This document shows, in pieces, positions 15,946 to 25,244 of a stretch of 58,547 nucleotides of DNA. This DNA is from a phage. The notes beneath the pieces were generated by a model, which saw nothing but the letters and a program-made list of their open reading frames with translations, made no database searches and was not told where the DNA came from. Position 1 is the stretch's first letter, and each line of letters starts with the position of its first letter. The DNA lies in NCBI GenBank assembly GCA_027568095.1, contig GCA_027568095.1_4956.1; one strand, written 5' to 3'. The translations under genes were made by a program, and so were the position numbers.

Positions 15946-17613
15946 TCAGATTAATGAACTTGCAACCCTTGCAGCGAGTTCATTAGCTTCACGAGTACGT
16001 AACCCCTGAGCACTAAGTACATCAACACCAAACACCCTGTAAAACATCTTGTAAGCGTCATCAACGGGTATACCTTTGTCACGCTGAATACCGGCCCATG
16101 TGGTAATCATGCTACGTAATTTACGCTGTGCATCGTTCATTGCCTGAATGTTTTTCATTGCACTGTAAGCTGCAACAGGGGGTGCACCAGCGTTTAACAT
16201 TTGTTCTTTTACCGCAACAGGATCACGGTCGATTATCACAACTGCCCGGCGTAATTCTTCCAGTTCTTCAGGTGTCAGTTCACGTAAATTACCTTCTACA
16301 CGATCCGGGCCTGAGCGTTCGGCTTTTTCAGGAATGTGACCACAATACGGGCAGCACGGAAGACCAGACGGATAAGGCTTCAGACACGGGGGAATACCGT
16401 TATCAGGATCACCCTTGTTTGTGCATGTTGTATTACTGTTCCCACTGCTGTTTGACGAACGACGGTCGCGGTCATCTAAAGACCAGTTGTAGTGCTGATC
16501 GGGAAGTGGAAAACCACGGGCCAGAAATCGACGAACATTACCGACTTTATCAATAATCAGTGCTTTTTTACCGGGTTTGAAACGCAATGGGCGACCCATC
16601 TGTTGTACAAACAAAGAGTAAGATTCAGTGGGACGGTCCATTACTGCACATTCCATTGCCGGGCAATCGTACCCTTCACCGAATAAATCGTTGTTACATA
16701 GCACGAGTGTTTTACGTCGTTCAAAACGTTCCAGAATATCTGCTCGTTCCTGATTGCTGTTTCGCGAACTGATCGCTTCTGCAGGAATGCCAGCATCGCG
16801 AAATTCTTGTGCAAGTGCTTCAGCAGAATCCACATCACACGTAAACACAACAGTGAGCAAACCGTCTGCATACGTTTTCCACGTACTGACGGTATCACCA
16901 ACGATGTTTGAATCTTCCATCGCTTTTTTTAACGCAGAGGGTTTGTAATCGCCCGTAGTATGAGAAATCATTTCTGCAGTTAATTCCAGGTCTGTTTCAG
17001 CCATAATCAGACGATAATCAGCCAGATGTTGTTGACTGATTAACTCACGCATTGACGGACCAATGATCATCTGATCTGCGTAACCTGACGCATGACGACC
17101 CAAGCCTTTACCGTCAGCACGGATCGGTGTAGCTGTAACACCCAGACCTTTAGCGTTAGGGAATTTTTCCCGGCAGTCTCCCCACTGTGTGCCACGCACC
17201 AAGTGATGCGCTTCGTCGCTGAATACAAGAGACACGTCGTTGTACCATCGTTCGTACTGTTTTGTTCTTAACGTTTGTGAACTGGTAATAACGATGTCAG
17301 CGCCGGGGGAATAGGTACTGTAACCAAGCGTTTTCATCTGCTGATTAGTCGCAAATTTAACAGTGTCTTTTTGCGCTATAAATCTGTGTGCTAACCCCTG
17401 ACGAGCAACAGCCATTGCGATTTGGCTAACCAGTTCTTTACGGTGCGCCTGAATGACTTTTACACCGTCGGATTTTACCAGTTCTGCAAGCGCTCGGGTC
17501 TTTCCTGCACCCGTGGGAAGCACAAGAATCACGTCATTAGCACCGTTCGACCATGCCTGGCGCACGTTGTTAACTGCATCTTGTTGGTAATAACGAAGTG
17601 GTTGTTGACTCAC
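15946..17613 (-). CDS. superfamily 2 DNA helicase (DEAH box) with C-terminal zinc ribbon
   Basis: LPTGAGKT (Walker A), FSDEAHH (motif II), CPYCGH; GTG start with AAGGA RBS. Confidence 0.6.
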   Translation of the reverse strand: MSQQPLRYYQQDAVNNVRQAWSNGANDVILVLPTGAGKTRALAELVKSDGVKVIQAHRKELVSQIAMAVARQGLAHRFIAQKDTVKFATNQQMKTLGYSTYSPGADIVITSSQTLRTKQYERWYNDVSLVFSDEAHHLVRGTQWGDCREKFPNAKGLGVTATPIRADGKGLGRHASGYADQMIIGPSMRELISQQHLADYRLIMAETDLELTAEMISHTTGDYKPSALKKAMEDSNIVGDTVSTWKTYADGLLTVVFTCDVDSAEALAQEFRDAGIPAEAISSRNSNQERADILERFERRKTLVLCNNDLFGEGYDCPAMECAVMDRPTESYSLFVQQMGRPLRFKPGKKALIIDKVGNVRRFLARGFPLPDQHYNWSLDDRDRRSSNSSGNSNTTCTNKGDPDNGIPPCLKPYPSGLPCCPYCGHIPEKAERSGPDRVEGNLRELTPEELEELRRAVVIIDRDPVAVKEQMLNAGAPPVAAYSAMKNIQAMNDAQRKLRSMITTWAGIQRDKGIPVDDAYKMFYRVFGVDVLSAQGLRTREANELAARVASSLI

Positions 17614-17649
17614 GTATCTTTCCTTCAGCTAATATCGAATCGTGAAAAA

Positions 17650-17694
17650 AGTTTAAAATAGTTCTTGACGCATTGCAACTTATTCCTCTAACAT
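17650..17694. promoter_or_regulatory. overlapping divergent promoter pair (plus TTGACG-18-TAACAT; minus TTGCAA-17-TAAACT)
   Basis: Conserved GTTTAAAATAGTTCTTGACGCATTGCAA block between divergent operons. Confidence 0.5.
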
Positions 17695-17727
17695 CTGCAT
17701 CAACGAAAGGCGAGTGTAAAATAATTC

Positions 17728-17756
17728 TTGACAGATTACACAACACCTTTTAAAGT
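17728..17756 (+). promoter_or_regulatory. conserved-family promoter (TTGACA-17-TAAAGT)
   Basis: AAAATAATTCTTGACAGATTACA motif upstream of 17789 gene. Confidence 0.5.
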
Positions 17757-17788
17757 TAGTGACAACCAAACAACAAGAGGAAAACGCA

Positions 17789-18550
17789 ATGTTCGAAGTT
17801 AAATTACTTGTAACTGCTCCGGGTCTGGAAACTGCGATCAACAATCTGGCAAATGCTATTGCGACTGGTGCAGCACCGCTCATGGCTGCACAGGGCGACG
17901 GTATCACTAAAGAAATCGTTTCTGTCGTTGCTGAATCACTGCCTGTTGTATCTGCAACAACTGAAGATATTGATGATAACGAAACCAGCACTGAAGAGTT
18001 CGACAAATGGGGTCTGCGTCACGATCCGCGTATCCACACTGACAGTAAATCTCTGAACAAAGGTGATGGTCTGTGGCGTCAAAAGAAAAAACTGGATGAA
18101 GCGTTTGTTGACGGTGTTAAACGTGAACTTATTGCTGAAGCAGTTGAAGCAGGGCGTTATACCGGACCTGCAGAACTTGCACCGGGTTATGTAGCACCTG
18201 TTGATCCTGCTCCAGCGGTTCCTGCCGCTCCGGTAGCTCCAGTTGTACCAGCAGCACCGGCTGTACCAGTCGAGCAACCTGTAACCACGGATCCGGCTAA
18301 AGTTTATAACACCCAGGTTCTTCAGTCAGCACTGATGCAGATGTTTGGACAAATTACGGGTGAACGTGCCGCGCCACTAAGTCAGCGGATCATGGGACTG
18401 TATGAAACTCAGAACGTGATGCAGATTGATGACCCGGTAAAACTGAAGTCTATCATCGAACTGATTGAACGTATTAACGCTACCCCAGCATCTGCTGAAG
18501 ATATTGTCGGTCAGGCTGAATCTGTTAAACAAATGGGTGGAGCATTCTGA
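17789..18550 (+). CDS. hypothetical protein with Pro/Ala/Val-rich linker
   Basis: GAGGAA RBS upstream of ATG 17789; first gene of plus replication block. Confidence 0.5.
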   Translation: MFEVKLLVTAPGLETAINNLANAIATGAAPLMAAQGDGITKEIVSVVAESLPVVSATTEDIDDNETSTEEFDKWGLRHDPRIHTDSKSLNKGDGLWRQKKKLDEAFVDGVKRELIAEAVEAGRYTGPAELAPGYVAPVDPAPAVPAAPVAPVVPAAPAVPVEQPVTTDPAKVYNTQVLQSALMQMFGQITGERAAPLSQRIMGLYETQNVMQIDDPVKLKSIIELIERINATPASAEDIVGQAESVKQMGGAF

Positions 18551-19695
18551 TGACCAGTCACGCTACCTTTAGTGCCAGTGGATCAAAACGTTGGTTAGCT
18601 TGTCCGGGTAGCGTTCAACTGTCACAGCGGATTGACTATGTAGAACCATCATCACCCAGTGCTGAAGAAGGTACAGCCGGACACTGGGTGTTAGAACAGA
18701 AGATTAAAGGCAAACCGCCATTAATGCCGTGTCTTGCTCCTAACGGTGTTCAGGTTACTGAAGACATGCATATTTACGCGGATGACTTTATAGCAGATGT
18801 TCTTTCAGTTGGTGCGAAACTTGATCCGCTGTTTTCAGAAGTTCGCATTCACATTGACTGGTTGTTACCCGGTCAGTACGGAACCTGTGATTATCGCTGG
18901 TATGACTTTAATACTGATACGCTTTATGTATGGGATTATAAATACGGTCATGTTGCAGTTGAAGCAGTTGATAATTCACAGGGGGTCTATTACGCACTGG
19001 ACCAACGTTGCATCGACACCGTTAAGCGCGTTGTGTTCACAATTGTTCAGCCACGGGCTTATCACCCACTCGGACCTGTAAGACGATGGGAGTTTAACCG
19101 GGCAACATTGATGGAATGGGCTGAACGATTTAAACACGGGTTTAACGAAGCACATAAACCAGACGCACCGTTAAATGTTGGTAGTCATTGTCATTACTGT
19201 CCGGCGCGTGGTATGTGTCCGGCGATGTATGAGAGGATTTTAGAATTGGCTACTGTTCTTGATGCACCACCATCACTTACGCCAGAAGAAGTAGCGCGTC
19301 GTCTGGCACTTCTTGAAGAACTGTATACGCGTTCTTCTGAAGCAAAAACAGCGTTACATACTCAGGGGTTACATTTCGTACGTATGGGTAAAGCTTTACC
19401 GGGTTTTAAACTTGCAACAAAGCAAACCAGACGTCAGCTTACGGACGAAGGAAAACTGATCGGTGCTGCACCTATGTTTGGTGTAAACCCTGAAACATTG
19501 TACGAACGTAAATTAAAACCATTGTTAACACTGGAAAAATCACTGCCTCCGGCACTTGTTGACATGTGTACGACAAAACCAGAAGGTCAGCCAGTTTTAG
19601 TACCTGACAGTGACCCGCGTAAAGGTCATAGCACACTGGCAGAATCTGTTTTTAATAAACCCGTGACGATGCCGACTGGCGCACGTCCACTTTAA
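18550..19695 (+). CDS. PD-(D/E)xK nuclease with C-terminal Cys cluster (Cas4/RecB-like)
   Basis: 381 aa; N-terminal WLACPGS and C-terminal HCHYCPARGMCPAMY cysteine cluster. Confidence 0.5.
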   Translation: MTSHATFSASGSKRWLACPGSVQLSQRIDYVEPSSPSAEEGTAGHWVLEQKIKGKPPLMPCLAPNGVQVTEDMHIYADDFIADVLSVGAKLDPLFSEVRIHIDWLLPGQYGTCDYRWYDFNTDTLYVWDYKYGHVAVEAVDNSQGVYYALDQRCIDTVKRVVFTIVQPRAYHPLGPVRRWEFNRATLMEWAERFKHGFNEAHKPDAPLNVGSHCHYCPARGMCPAMYERILELATVLDAPPSLTPEEVARRLALLEELYTRSSEAKTALHTQGLHFVRMGKALPGFKLATKQTRRQLTDEGKLIGAAPMFGVNPETLYERKLKPLLTLEKSLPPALVDMCTTKPEGQPVLVPDSDPRKGHSTLAESVFNKPVTMPTGARPL

Positions 19696-19710
19696 AAGAA
19701 GGTTAATAAC

Positions 19711-20610
19711 ATGGCACAGAAAGAATCTTTTGTAACTCCGGTTGGTCGTCTGGTTGGCGGTTCTTTTTTCGATATCAACACTCATGACCACGAAAATAAA
19801 CCGTTAGCACCTGAAAAACACAACTGGTGGGTTGGTCTGGCGTTTCCTAAAACAGCGGCGAACTGGTGGGAAGAACAAGGTGAACTGGGTGCGGTATTCC
19901 AGGCGATCATGCGAGCGGCTAACTCACACTATGTGAACGGCGAACCACAACAACCCACTTTCGCATGGAAAATTATTAATGGTGACGATCCGAAACATGC
20001 GAGTAAAACTGGTTATGCTGGTCACTGGGTAATTGGTTTCTCACGCAACGTGGCTATTGACGCGTGTCCGGTTTATAACGCAGCGTACCAGCTAGTTATT
20101 GATAAAAATCTGGCGAAAAAAGGTTATTATTACCGTATCAGCGGATCATCTGTTGCAAACGGTCGTACAGGTAATCAGGCTGGTGTGTATATCAACATGG
20201 AAATGGCGCAATTGCTTTATGCAGGTGAAGAAATCATTTCCGGTCCGGCTCCTGCTTCTGTGTTCGGTGCTGCTCCTGCAATGCCTGAAGGCGCACGTCC
20301 GATCGGCGTAACACCAGCGGCAGCACCTGTAGCAGCACCTGTAGCAGCGGCAGCACCTGTAGCAGCGCCTACACCAGCGGCAGCACCTGTAGCAGCGGCA
20401 GCACCTGTAGCAGCGCCTACACCAGCGGCAGCACCTGTAGCAGCGCCTACACCAGCGGCAGCACCTGTGAAGGTAATGACTGAAAAAGCAGGTGGTGCTA
20501 CTTACGAACAGTTTATTGCGCAAGGTTGGAACGATGAACAACTGATCGCTAATGGTTATATGGTAATGACCACCCCGGCCCCGAATTTTCTCAACGGTAA
20601 CGGTTACTGA
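19711..20610 (+). CDS. possible ssDNA-binding-like protein with PA-rich repeat linker and C-terminal FIAxGWND motif
   Basis: Follows the nuclease gene; (AAPVAAPTPA)n repeats then YEQFIAQGWNDEQLIANGY; SSB assignment is inference. Confidence 0.4.
   Translation: MAQKESFVTPVGRLVGGSFFDINTHDHENKPLAPEKHNWWVGLAFPKTAANWWEEQGELGAVFQAIMRAANSHYVNGEPQQPTFAWKIINGDDPKHASKTGYAGHWVIGFSRNVAIDACPVYNAAYQLVIDKNLAKKGYYYRISGSSVANGRTGNQAGVYINMEMAQLLYAGEEIISGPAPASVFGAAPAMPEGARPIGVTPAAAPVAAPVAAAAPVAAPTPAAAPVAAAAPVAAPTPAAAPVAAPTPAAAPVKVMTEKAGGATYEQFIAQGWNDEQLIANGYMVMTTPAPNFLNGNGY
20311..20468 (+). repeat. imperfect 27-30-bp tandem repeats (core gcagcacctgtagcagc), in-frame
   Basis: Direct inspection; core occurs about 7 times. 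Confidence 0.7.
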
Positions 20611-20690
20611 TAGTTACTGGAACTGGGACGACATACCGCTTTAAACAGACATGGGGTCATAGTGCCCCATTTACTTATCAGGGTTTTATT

Positions 20691-22547
20691 ATGTCAGATG
20701 CTTACGTTCACGATATTGAAAACTATCCTAATGTTTTTCTGTTCGGTGCTATTCACGCGTTAACTGAAACACCTTATATTTTTGAGATTTCACATCGTCG
20801 CGATGATCGTCAGGCTTTTTACTTATTCACGGAATATTTGCGTGAACATCGTGCTGAAGAAGTTGGTTATAACAATCTGGGTTACGACTATCCTGTTCAG
20901 CATTCTATTTTGAACAACATCATGTATATCACCAATGCAGACATTTATAAAAAAGGTGATTCGATAATTAACGCTGGTGATGAAAATCGTTTTGCTCATA
21001 TGGTGTGGGAAAAAGACTGGATAGTTCCCCAGCTTGATTTGTATAAAATTCATCATTTCGACAATCAGGCAAAACGAACAAGTCTGAAAACACTTGAATT
21101 CAATATGAGAATGGAAAACATTGAAGACCTCCCATTTACGCCAGGGACTTACTTAACCGATTCTCAAATTGATACGCTTCGTCAATATCTGATACACGAT
21201 TTGAAAGCGACTTTGATGTTTTATAAACACAGTAAAAAGCTGATCGATTTTCGTCGTGAACTTTCTGCTAAATACGGTCGTAATTTCATGAACCATAATG
21301 ACACGAAAATCGGTAAAGACTATTTCATTATGGAACTTGAAAAATCAGGTATTCAATGTTTCGAACCAGGTAGCAGAAAACCACGACAGACGCACAGACT
21401 ATCAATCGCATTGAACAGTGTGATTTTCCCTTATGTCCGTTTTGAACAGCCTGAATTTAATCGTGTTCTTAACTGGTTACGTCAACAGGTCATCACTGAA
21501 ACAAAAGGTGTATTCACAGATTTAAGCGCAGACATTAACGGGTTCTCGTTTGATTTTGGTACGGGTGGTATCCACGGGTCTATTGAGTCTCAAACTATCA
21601 GGTCCACTGAAAATTATGTGATCATCGATCTGGATGTAGCCAGTTTTTATCCAAACCTTGCAATTAGTAATGAACTTTACCCTGCACATTTGGGAAAACA
21701 ATTTTGCACCATTTATAAAAATGTTTACGACATGCGTTCCAGTTACCCGAAAGGTACACCAGAAAACGCAATGTTAAAACTGGCGTTAAACGGTGTGTAT
21801 GGTGACAGTAATAACGTATACAGTCCGTTCTATGATCCTGCTTACACAATGGCCATTACGATTAACGGACAGTTACTTTTGTGTATGTTGGCAGAAGAAC
21901 TTCTGAAAATCCCTGGTTTATCCATGATCCAGGCTAACACAGATGGTCTTACAGTTTACGTACCACGAGTATTTACCGGACAAGTAGAACAGGTTCGTCA
22001 CACGTGGGAAAAATTAACCAGACTCCAGCTTGAAGAAGCGATTTATGACGTGATGTTTATTCGCGACGTAAATAACTACATCGCTGTTTACGAAGGTGGT
22101 AAGAAAGTTAAACGTAAAGGTGCTTATTGTCACAGTGTTGATCTGGGTTGGCATCAAAACCACAGTATGCAGGTTGTTGCAAAAGCGGCTGAGGCAGCAC
22201 TGGTACACAATAAAGATATTCGTGATTTTATAACATCACACGAAGATATTCACGATTTCATGTTAGTGACGAAAGTACCGCGTAACAGTAAATTACTATG
22301 GGGTGATAAACAGGTTCAAAACATCACTCGTTATTATGTCAGTACAGATGGTGCACCGTTGACAAAAGTCATGCCACCACTGGCAAAATCACTGAAACTG
22401 AACCCTGACGCGCCTGAACGCCGTATGTCAGTGTGCAAAGGTTGGTTGACCACGGAGTGTAACGACATGAAACGTTTTAACCGGGCAACGCTAAATTATG
22501 ATTTTTATATCAAAGAAGCTGAAAAACTCGTTGCACCACTTCGGTAA
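20691..22547 (+). CDS. DNA polymerase, family B-like with N-terminal 3'-5' exonuclease motifs
   Basis: 618 aa; Exo I HDIEN, Exo III YLIHD; DLDVASFYPN (motif A-like), KLALNGVYG (motif B-like), NTDGL (motif C-like). Confidence 0.55.
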   Translation: MSDAYVHDIENYPNVFLFGAIHALTETPYIFEISHRRDDRQAFYLFTEYLREHRAEEVGYNNLGYDYPVQHSILNNIMYITNADIYKKGDSIINAGDENRFAHMVWEKDWIVPQLDLYKIHHFDNQAKRTSLKTLEFNMRMENIEDLPFTPGTYLTDSQIDTLRQYLIHDLKATLMFYKHSKKLIDFRRELSAKYGRNFMNHNDTKIGKDYFIMELEKSGIQCFEPGSRKPRQTHRLSIALNSVIFPYVRFEQPEFNRVLNWLRQQVITETKGVFTDLSADINGFSFDFGTGGIHGSIESQTIRSTENYVIIDLDVASFYPNLAISNELYPAHLGKQFCTIYKNVYDMRSSYPKGTPENAMLKLALNGVYGDSNNVYSPFYDPAYTMAITINGQLLLCMLAEELLKIPGLSMIQANTDGLTVYVPRVFTGQVEQVRHTWEKLTRLQLEEAIYDVMFIRDVNNYIAVYEGGKKVKRKGAYCHSVDLGWHQNHSMQVVAKAAEAALVHNKDIRDFITSHEDIHDFMLVTKVPRNSKLLWGDKQVQNITRYYVSTDGAPLTKVMPPLAKSLKLNPDAPERRMSVCKGWLTTECNDMKRFNRATLNYDFYIKEAEKLVAPLR

Positions 22548-22586
22548 ACCGTATAGAATTATTTAAAACTTATTGAGACGATAACA

Positions 22587-23123
22587 ATGCATACTTCACA
22601 CAAATTTGTAGCTGGTTCACCGATTGGTGTCTTTACTCCCGGTAAAATTTACAACCGTGTTGACGGGTTCACCCGTGATGGTCGTTCCCGTGGTTTTTAT
22701 ATTGATGACCGTGGTGAATTCCGTTTAACAGACGATGACATGTTCGAACCTGCAGAACAGATCCAACTTCGTTTACCACAGATGCCAATGTTCCCGGCCC
22801 GTCAGGAACGTCTGAAACTGGCTGCACGCTGGGGAACATCTGAAATCAGTATCAGTAACTGGTACAAAGTTGATGACCTGATGAAACCGTGGCGCATCAG
22901 TGACGCTATCTGTGGCACTCGTGTTCTTACAGAACCTAATACAACGACGTTTAAACCCGGTGAACTGGCTGAACTGGCTAATTCCCGTGGTTATCTATTG
23001 TCAGAACTATCCGTTCGTTGGGGATGGCATTACGGATGTGAAACTTTACACACTATCAGCACGGATCCGCGTCGTGTTGCACTTATCTGGGATATGTTAG
23101 AAGGGATGAATCGTCATGACTGA
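22587..23123 (+). CDS. hypothetical protein (178 aa)
   Basis: ORF in plus replication block. Confidence 0.5.
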   Translation: MHTSHKFVAGSPIGVFTPGKIYNRVDGFTRDGRSRGFYIDDRGEFRLTDDDMFEPAEQIQLRLPQMPMFPARQERLKLAARWGTSEISISNWYKVDDLMKPWRISDAICGTRVLTEPNTTTFKPGELAELANSRGYLLSELSVRWGWHYGCETLHTISTDPRRVALIWDMLEGMNRHD

Positions 23124-23457
23124 TTACAGTAAGATGGACGATAGAGATATTGATCGCCTTGTTTTGAAAGTTATTTACGGTGTTCATGCTGACGATAAAG
23201 ATATCCAAATTTGTTGGTCACGGGGCGGTTTCAAATATACCATTAATCCGACTGACGCAATGCCGATTATTATTGAAAATAAGATTAGCATTGCGTTTGA
23301 CACTAATGAAAACGAATGGTTAGCCTGGGGTGATTTTGAATTTGATCAATGTGGTTGGGATATGATTAACGAACCTACAATTTATTGTTCTCACGCTAAC
23401 CCACTCCGTGCCGCAATGATTGTGTTCTTACAGATGCAGGAAAACAACCATGATTAA
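23116..23457 (+). CDS. hypothetical protein (113 aa)
   Basis: ORF start overlaps upstream stop. Confidence 0.5.
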   Translation: MTDYSKMDDRDIDRLVLKVIYGVHADDKDIQICWSRGGFKYTINPTDAMPIIIENKISIAFDTNENEWLAWGDFEFDQCGWDMINEPTIYCSHANPLRAAMIVFLQMQENNHD

Positions 23458-23803
23458 ACTCTGTTACATTGCCGGGCCTTATCGTGCTGATTGTGCGCTT
23501 AAAACATCCCGTAACGTGTCGCGCGCTGAACAGGCAGGTAAACGACTTGCTTTACAACGTCCGGGATGGTTCCCGGTTATTCCTCACAAGAACACCGAAT
23601 TGTGGGACTTTGACGGCGGTTTACGCAATATACAACCTGAATACTACCTGTCAGGCACATTAGAAGTTATGCGCCGCTGTGACGCTATTCTGGTGCTTCC
23701 TGATTATCGTCGTTCATCCGGTACGCTGGCAGAAATTGCAGAAGCTGAACGTCTGGGTATTCCTGTGTATTACAGCGTGGAGAGTGTACCGGAACATGGC
23801 TAA
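23450..23803 (+). CDS. nucleoside 2-deoxyribosyltransferase-like (Rossmann-like) protein
   Basis: ATG 23450; MIKLCYIAGPY...DAILVLPDYRRSSGTLAEIAEAERLGIPVYY resembles the NDT-like fold pattern. Confidence 0.4.
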   Translation: MIKLCYIAGPYRADCALKTSRNVSRAEQAGKRLALQRPGWFPVIPHKNTELWDFDGGLRNIQPEYYLSGTLEVMRRCDAILVLPDYRRSSGTLAEIAEAERLGIPVYYSVESVPEHG

Positions 23804-24317
23804 AGACAACTGGGAAACACCGTGGGATTTTATTGATAACGTTTCTCGTGAATTCCCACTTGTTCTTGATGTGTGTACCGATGGTTCTAACGCTAAATGT
23901 TCGTTGTTTATCACTGATAGTCTGAATAAAGACTGGCATTCGATTGTTCAAAGTAATGGTGGTGGGTTCGTCTGGTGTAACCCACCGTACAGCGATCCGT
24001 CTCCCTGGGTTAATAAAATAATAACCACTGTTCATCAGGGAACTGGTTCGTTATTACTCGTAAACGCTATGACGTCTGCAGACTGGTTTCACAAAGCGCT
24101 GACACATTGTTCAGAACTATGGGTATTCAAAGGTCGTATTGCGTTTGTAGATCCTGATAACGGGTTACCAGCAGGAGGAAATGATCGTTCACAGGTAATG
24201 TTTATTTTCGACCCGTATCGTATCGGTGAATGTAAAACGAGATCTGTAAAAGTTTCTGACTATCAGAAAATAAAACGACAAGCGTACAGGAGTTATTGTT
24301 ATGTCCACAATCGTTGA
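23796..24317 (+). CDS. dam: DNA N6-adenine methyltransferase (Dam-like)
   Basis: ATG 23796; ETPWDFID...LDVCTDG and NPPY catalytic motif (VWCNPPYSDP). Confidence 0.6.
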   Translation: MAKDNWETPWDFIDNVSREFPLVLDVCTDGSNAKCSLFITDSLNKDWHSIVQSNGGGFVWCNPPYSDPSPWVNKIITTVHQGTGSLLLVNAMTSADWFHKALTHCSELWVFKGRIAFVDPDNGLPAGGNDRSQVMFIFDPYRIGECKTRSVKVSDYQKIKRQAYRSYCYVHNR

Positions 24318-24534
24318 ATTCAACCCTATGGATCCCGCAAAGCGCCCGACAGGACGCTTTGCAAGGTTGCCACAAACACGCGAACAGTTTTTTCCATTGT
24401 TGAACATGCGAGGGATTAAAACAGATCCACACGGGTTGATAGGAACATCCTTGTTCATGTACCGGACTGAATATCCGGTTCCCGCATCGTGGATTGAAGT
24501 ATCGGTTGAAGATTTACTTAAGACTGTCTACTAA
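24301..24534 (+). CDS. hypothetical protein (77 aa)
   Basis: AGGAG RBS upstream of ATG; converges on spanin genes. Confidence 0.35.
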   Translation: MSTIVEFNPMDPAKRPTGRFARLPQTREQFFPLLNMRGIKTDPHGLIGTSLFMYRTEYPVPASWIEVSVEDLLKTVY

Positions 24535-24762
24535 TGCATTATGCATAGTTGCACACTTGAAATAAATATCTAACCACTGGTCGTTAACATCTGTTGAATC
24601 ATTTCCTGTCAGACCGTTCAGCCGTGGAAGGTTTTCGGTCTGACACTTCTGAACTAATGCGGCCTGATAAACGGGCTTCTGCTTCGGTAACTCGTTCGTT
24701 GTACATGCGTTGATATTCAGAAGTAAGACACTCGTTACGAAAAACAGTATTAGTCTTTTCAT
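24514..24762 (-). CDS. outer-membrane spanin candidate (Rz1-like lipoprotein) embedded in the Rz-like gene
   Basis: Signal peptide with lipobox-like LNINAC; overlaps 24599..24997 in another frame. Confidence 0.4.
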   Translation of the reverse strand: MKRLILFFVTSVLLLNINACTTNELPKQKPVYQAALVQKCQTENLPRLNGLTGNDSTDVNDQWLDIYFKCATMHNALVDSLK

Positions 24763-24997
24763 GTCGTATTTCCACGATTTTAGTATTCTGTGACCAGTCA
24801 GCTAAACCACGAAGTACATCATCCGCCAGTTCCTGTTGTGCCTTTAACCGTTGTTGTTCCCGTTGTGCATCGTCTAAACGTTCCTGACGTTCTTCATTTA
24901 CCCGTGCTTTATATCCCGCGTGGTAACACGTATACGCACCAGCGCCTAATACCAGAACAGTTGCAACAACGGTGATTAACACACTACGGGTTGTCAT
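24599..24997 (-). CDS. inner-membrane spanin candidate (Rz-like)
   Basis: N-terminal TM then charged coiled-coil region; adjacent to endolysin. Confidence 0.5.
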   Translation of the reverse strand: MTTRSVLITVVATVLVLGAGAYTCYHAGYKARVNEERQERLDDAQREQQRLKAQQELADDVLRGLADWSQNTKIVEIRHEKTNTVFRNECLTSEYQRMYNERVTEAEARLSGRISSEVSDRKPSTAERSDRK

Positions 24998-25244
24998 TTG
25001 GTGTACCTCGTTGTTTATCTACAGCGATTTTTTTAGCACCAACATACTGACCTATACAGAAACCGAAATAGGTTAACAGCACTGTATCATCAAGTGTGCG
25101 GTCCACGGCCTGATAAATCAGAATACCTGTTACCACGAGGAAGCCTAAAGCCGCTTGTGCGCGGCTTAAAGAGATCCCCCCGGTTGTGTTACGTAATATG
25201 CTGAATTTGTCCATGATTGTCATCTCAGGCCGGATATTTCGCAT
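24984..25244 (-). CDS. holin-like membrane protein (2 predicted TM)
   Basis: Hydrophobic segments AALGFLVVTGILIYQAV and VLLTYFGFCIGQYV; immediately downstream of endolysin. Confidence 0.4.
   Translation of the reverse strand: MRNIRPEMTIMDKFSILRNTTGGISLSRAQAALGFLVVTGILIYQAVDRTLDDTVLLTYFGFCIGQYVGAKKIAVDKQRGTPNDNP

Noticed and set aside
16128-17006. Plus-strand ORFs antisense to the SF2 helicase gene
   Set aside because: Antisense to a gene with clear helicase motifs; no RBS.
20691-22547. Protein-primed replication (terminal protein plus inverted terminal repeats) suggested by the small PolB
   Set aside because: No terminal-protein candidate next to the polymerase, no inverted terminal repeats at window ends, and a primase-helicase is encoded; RNA-primed replication is more parsimonious.
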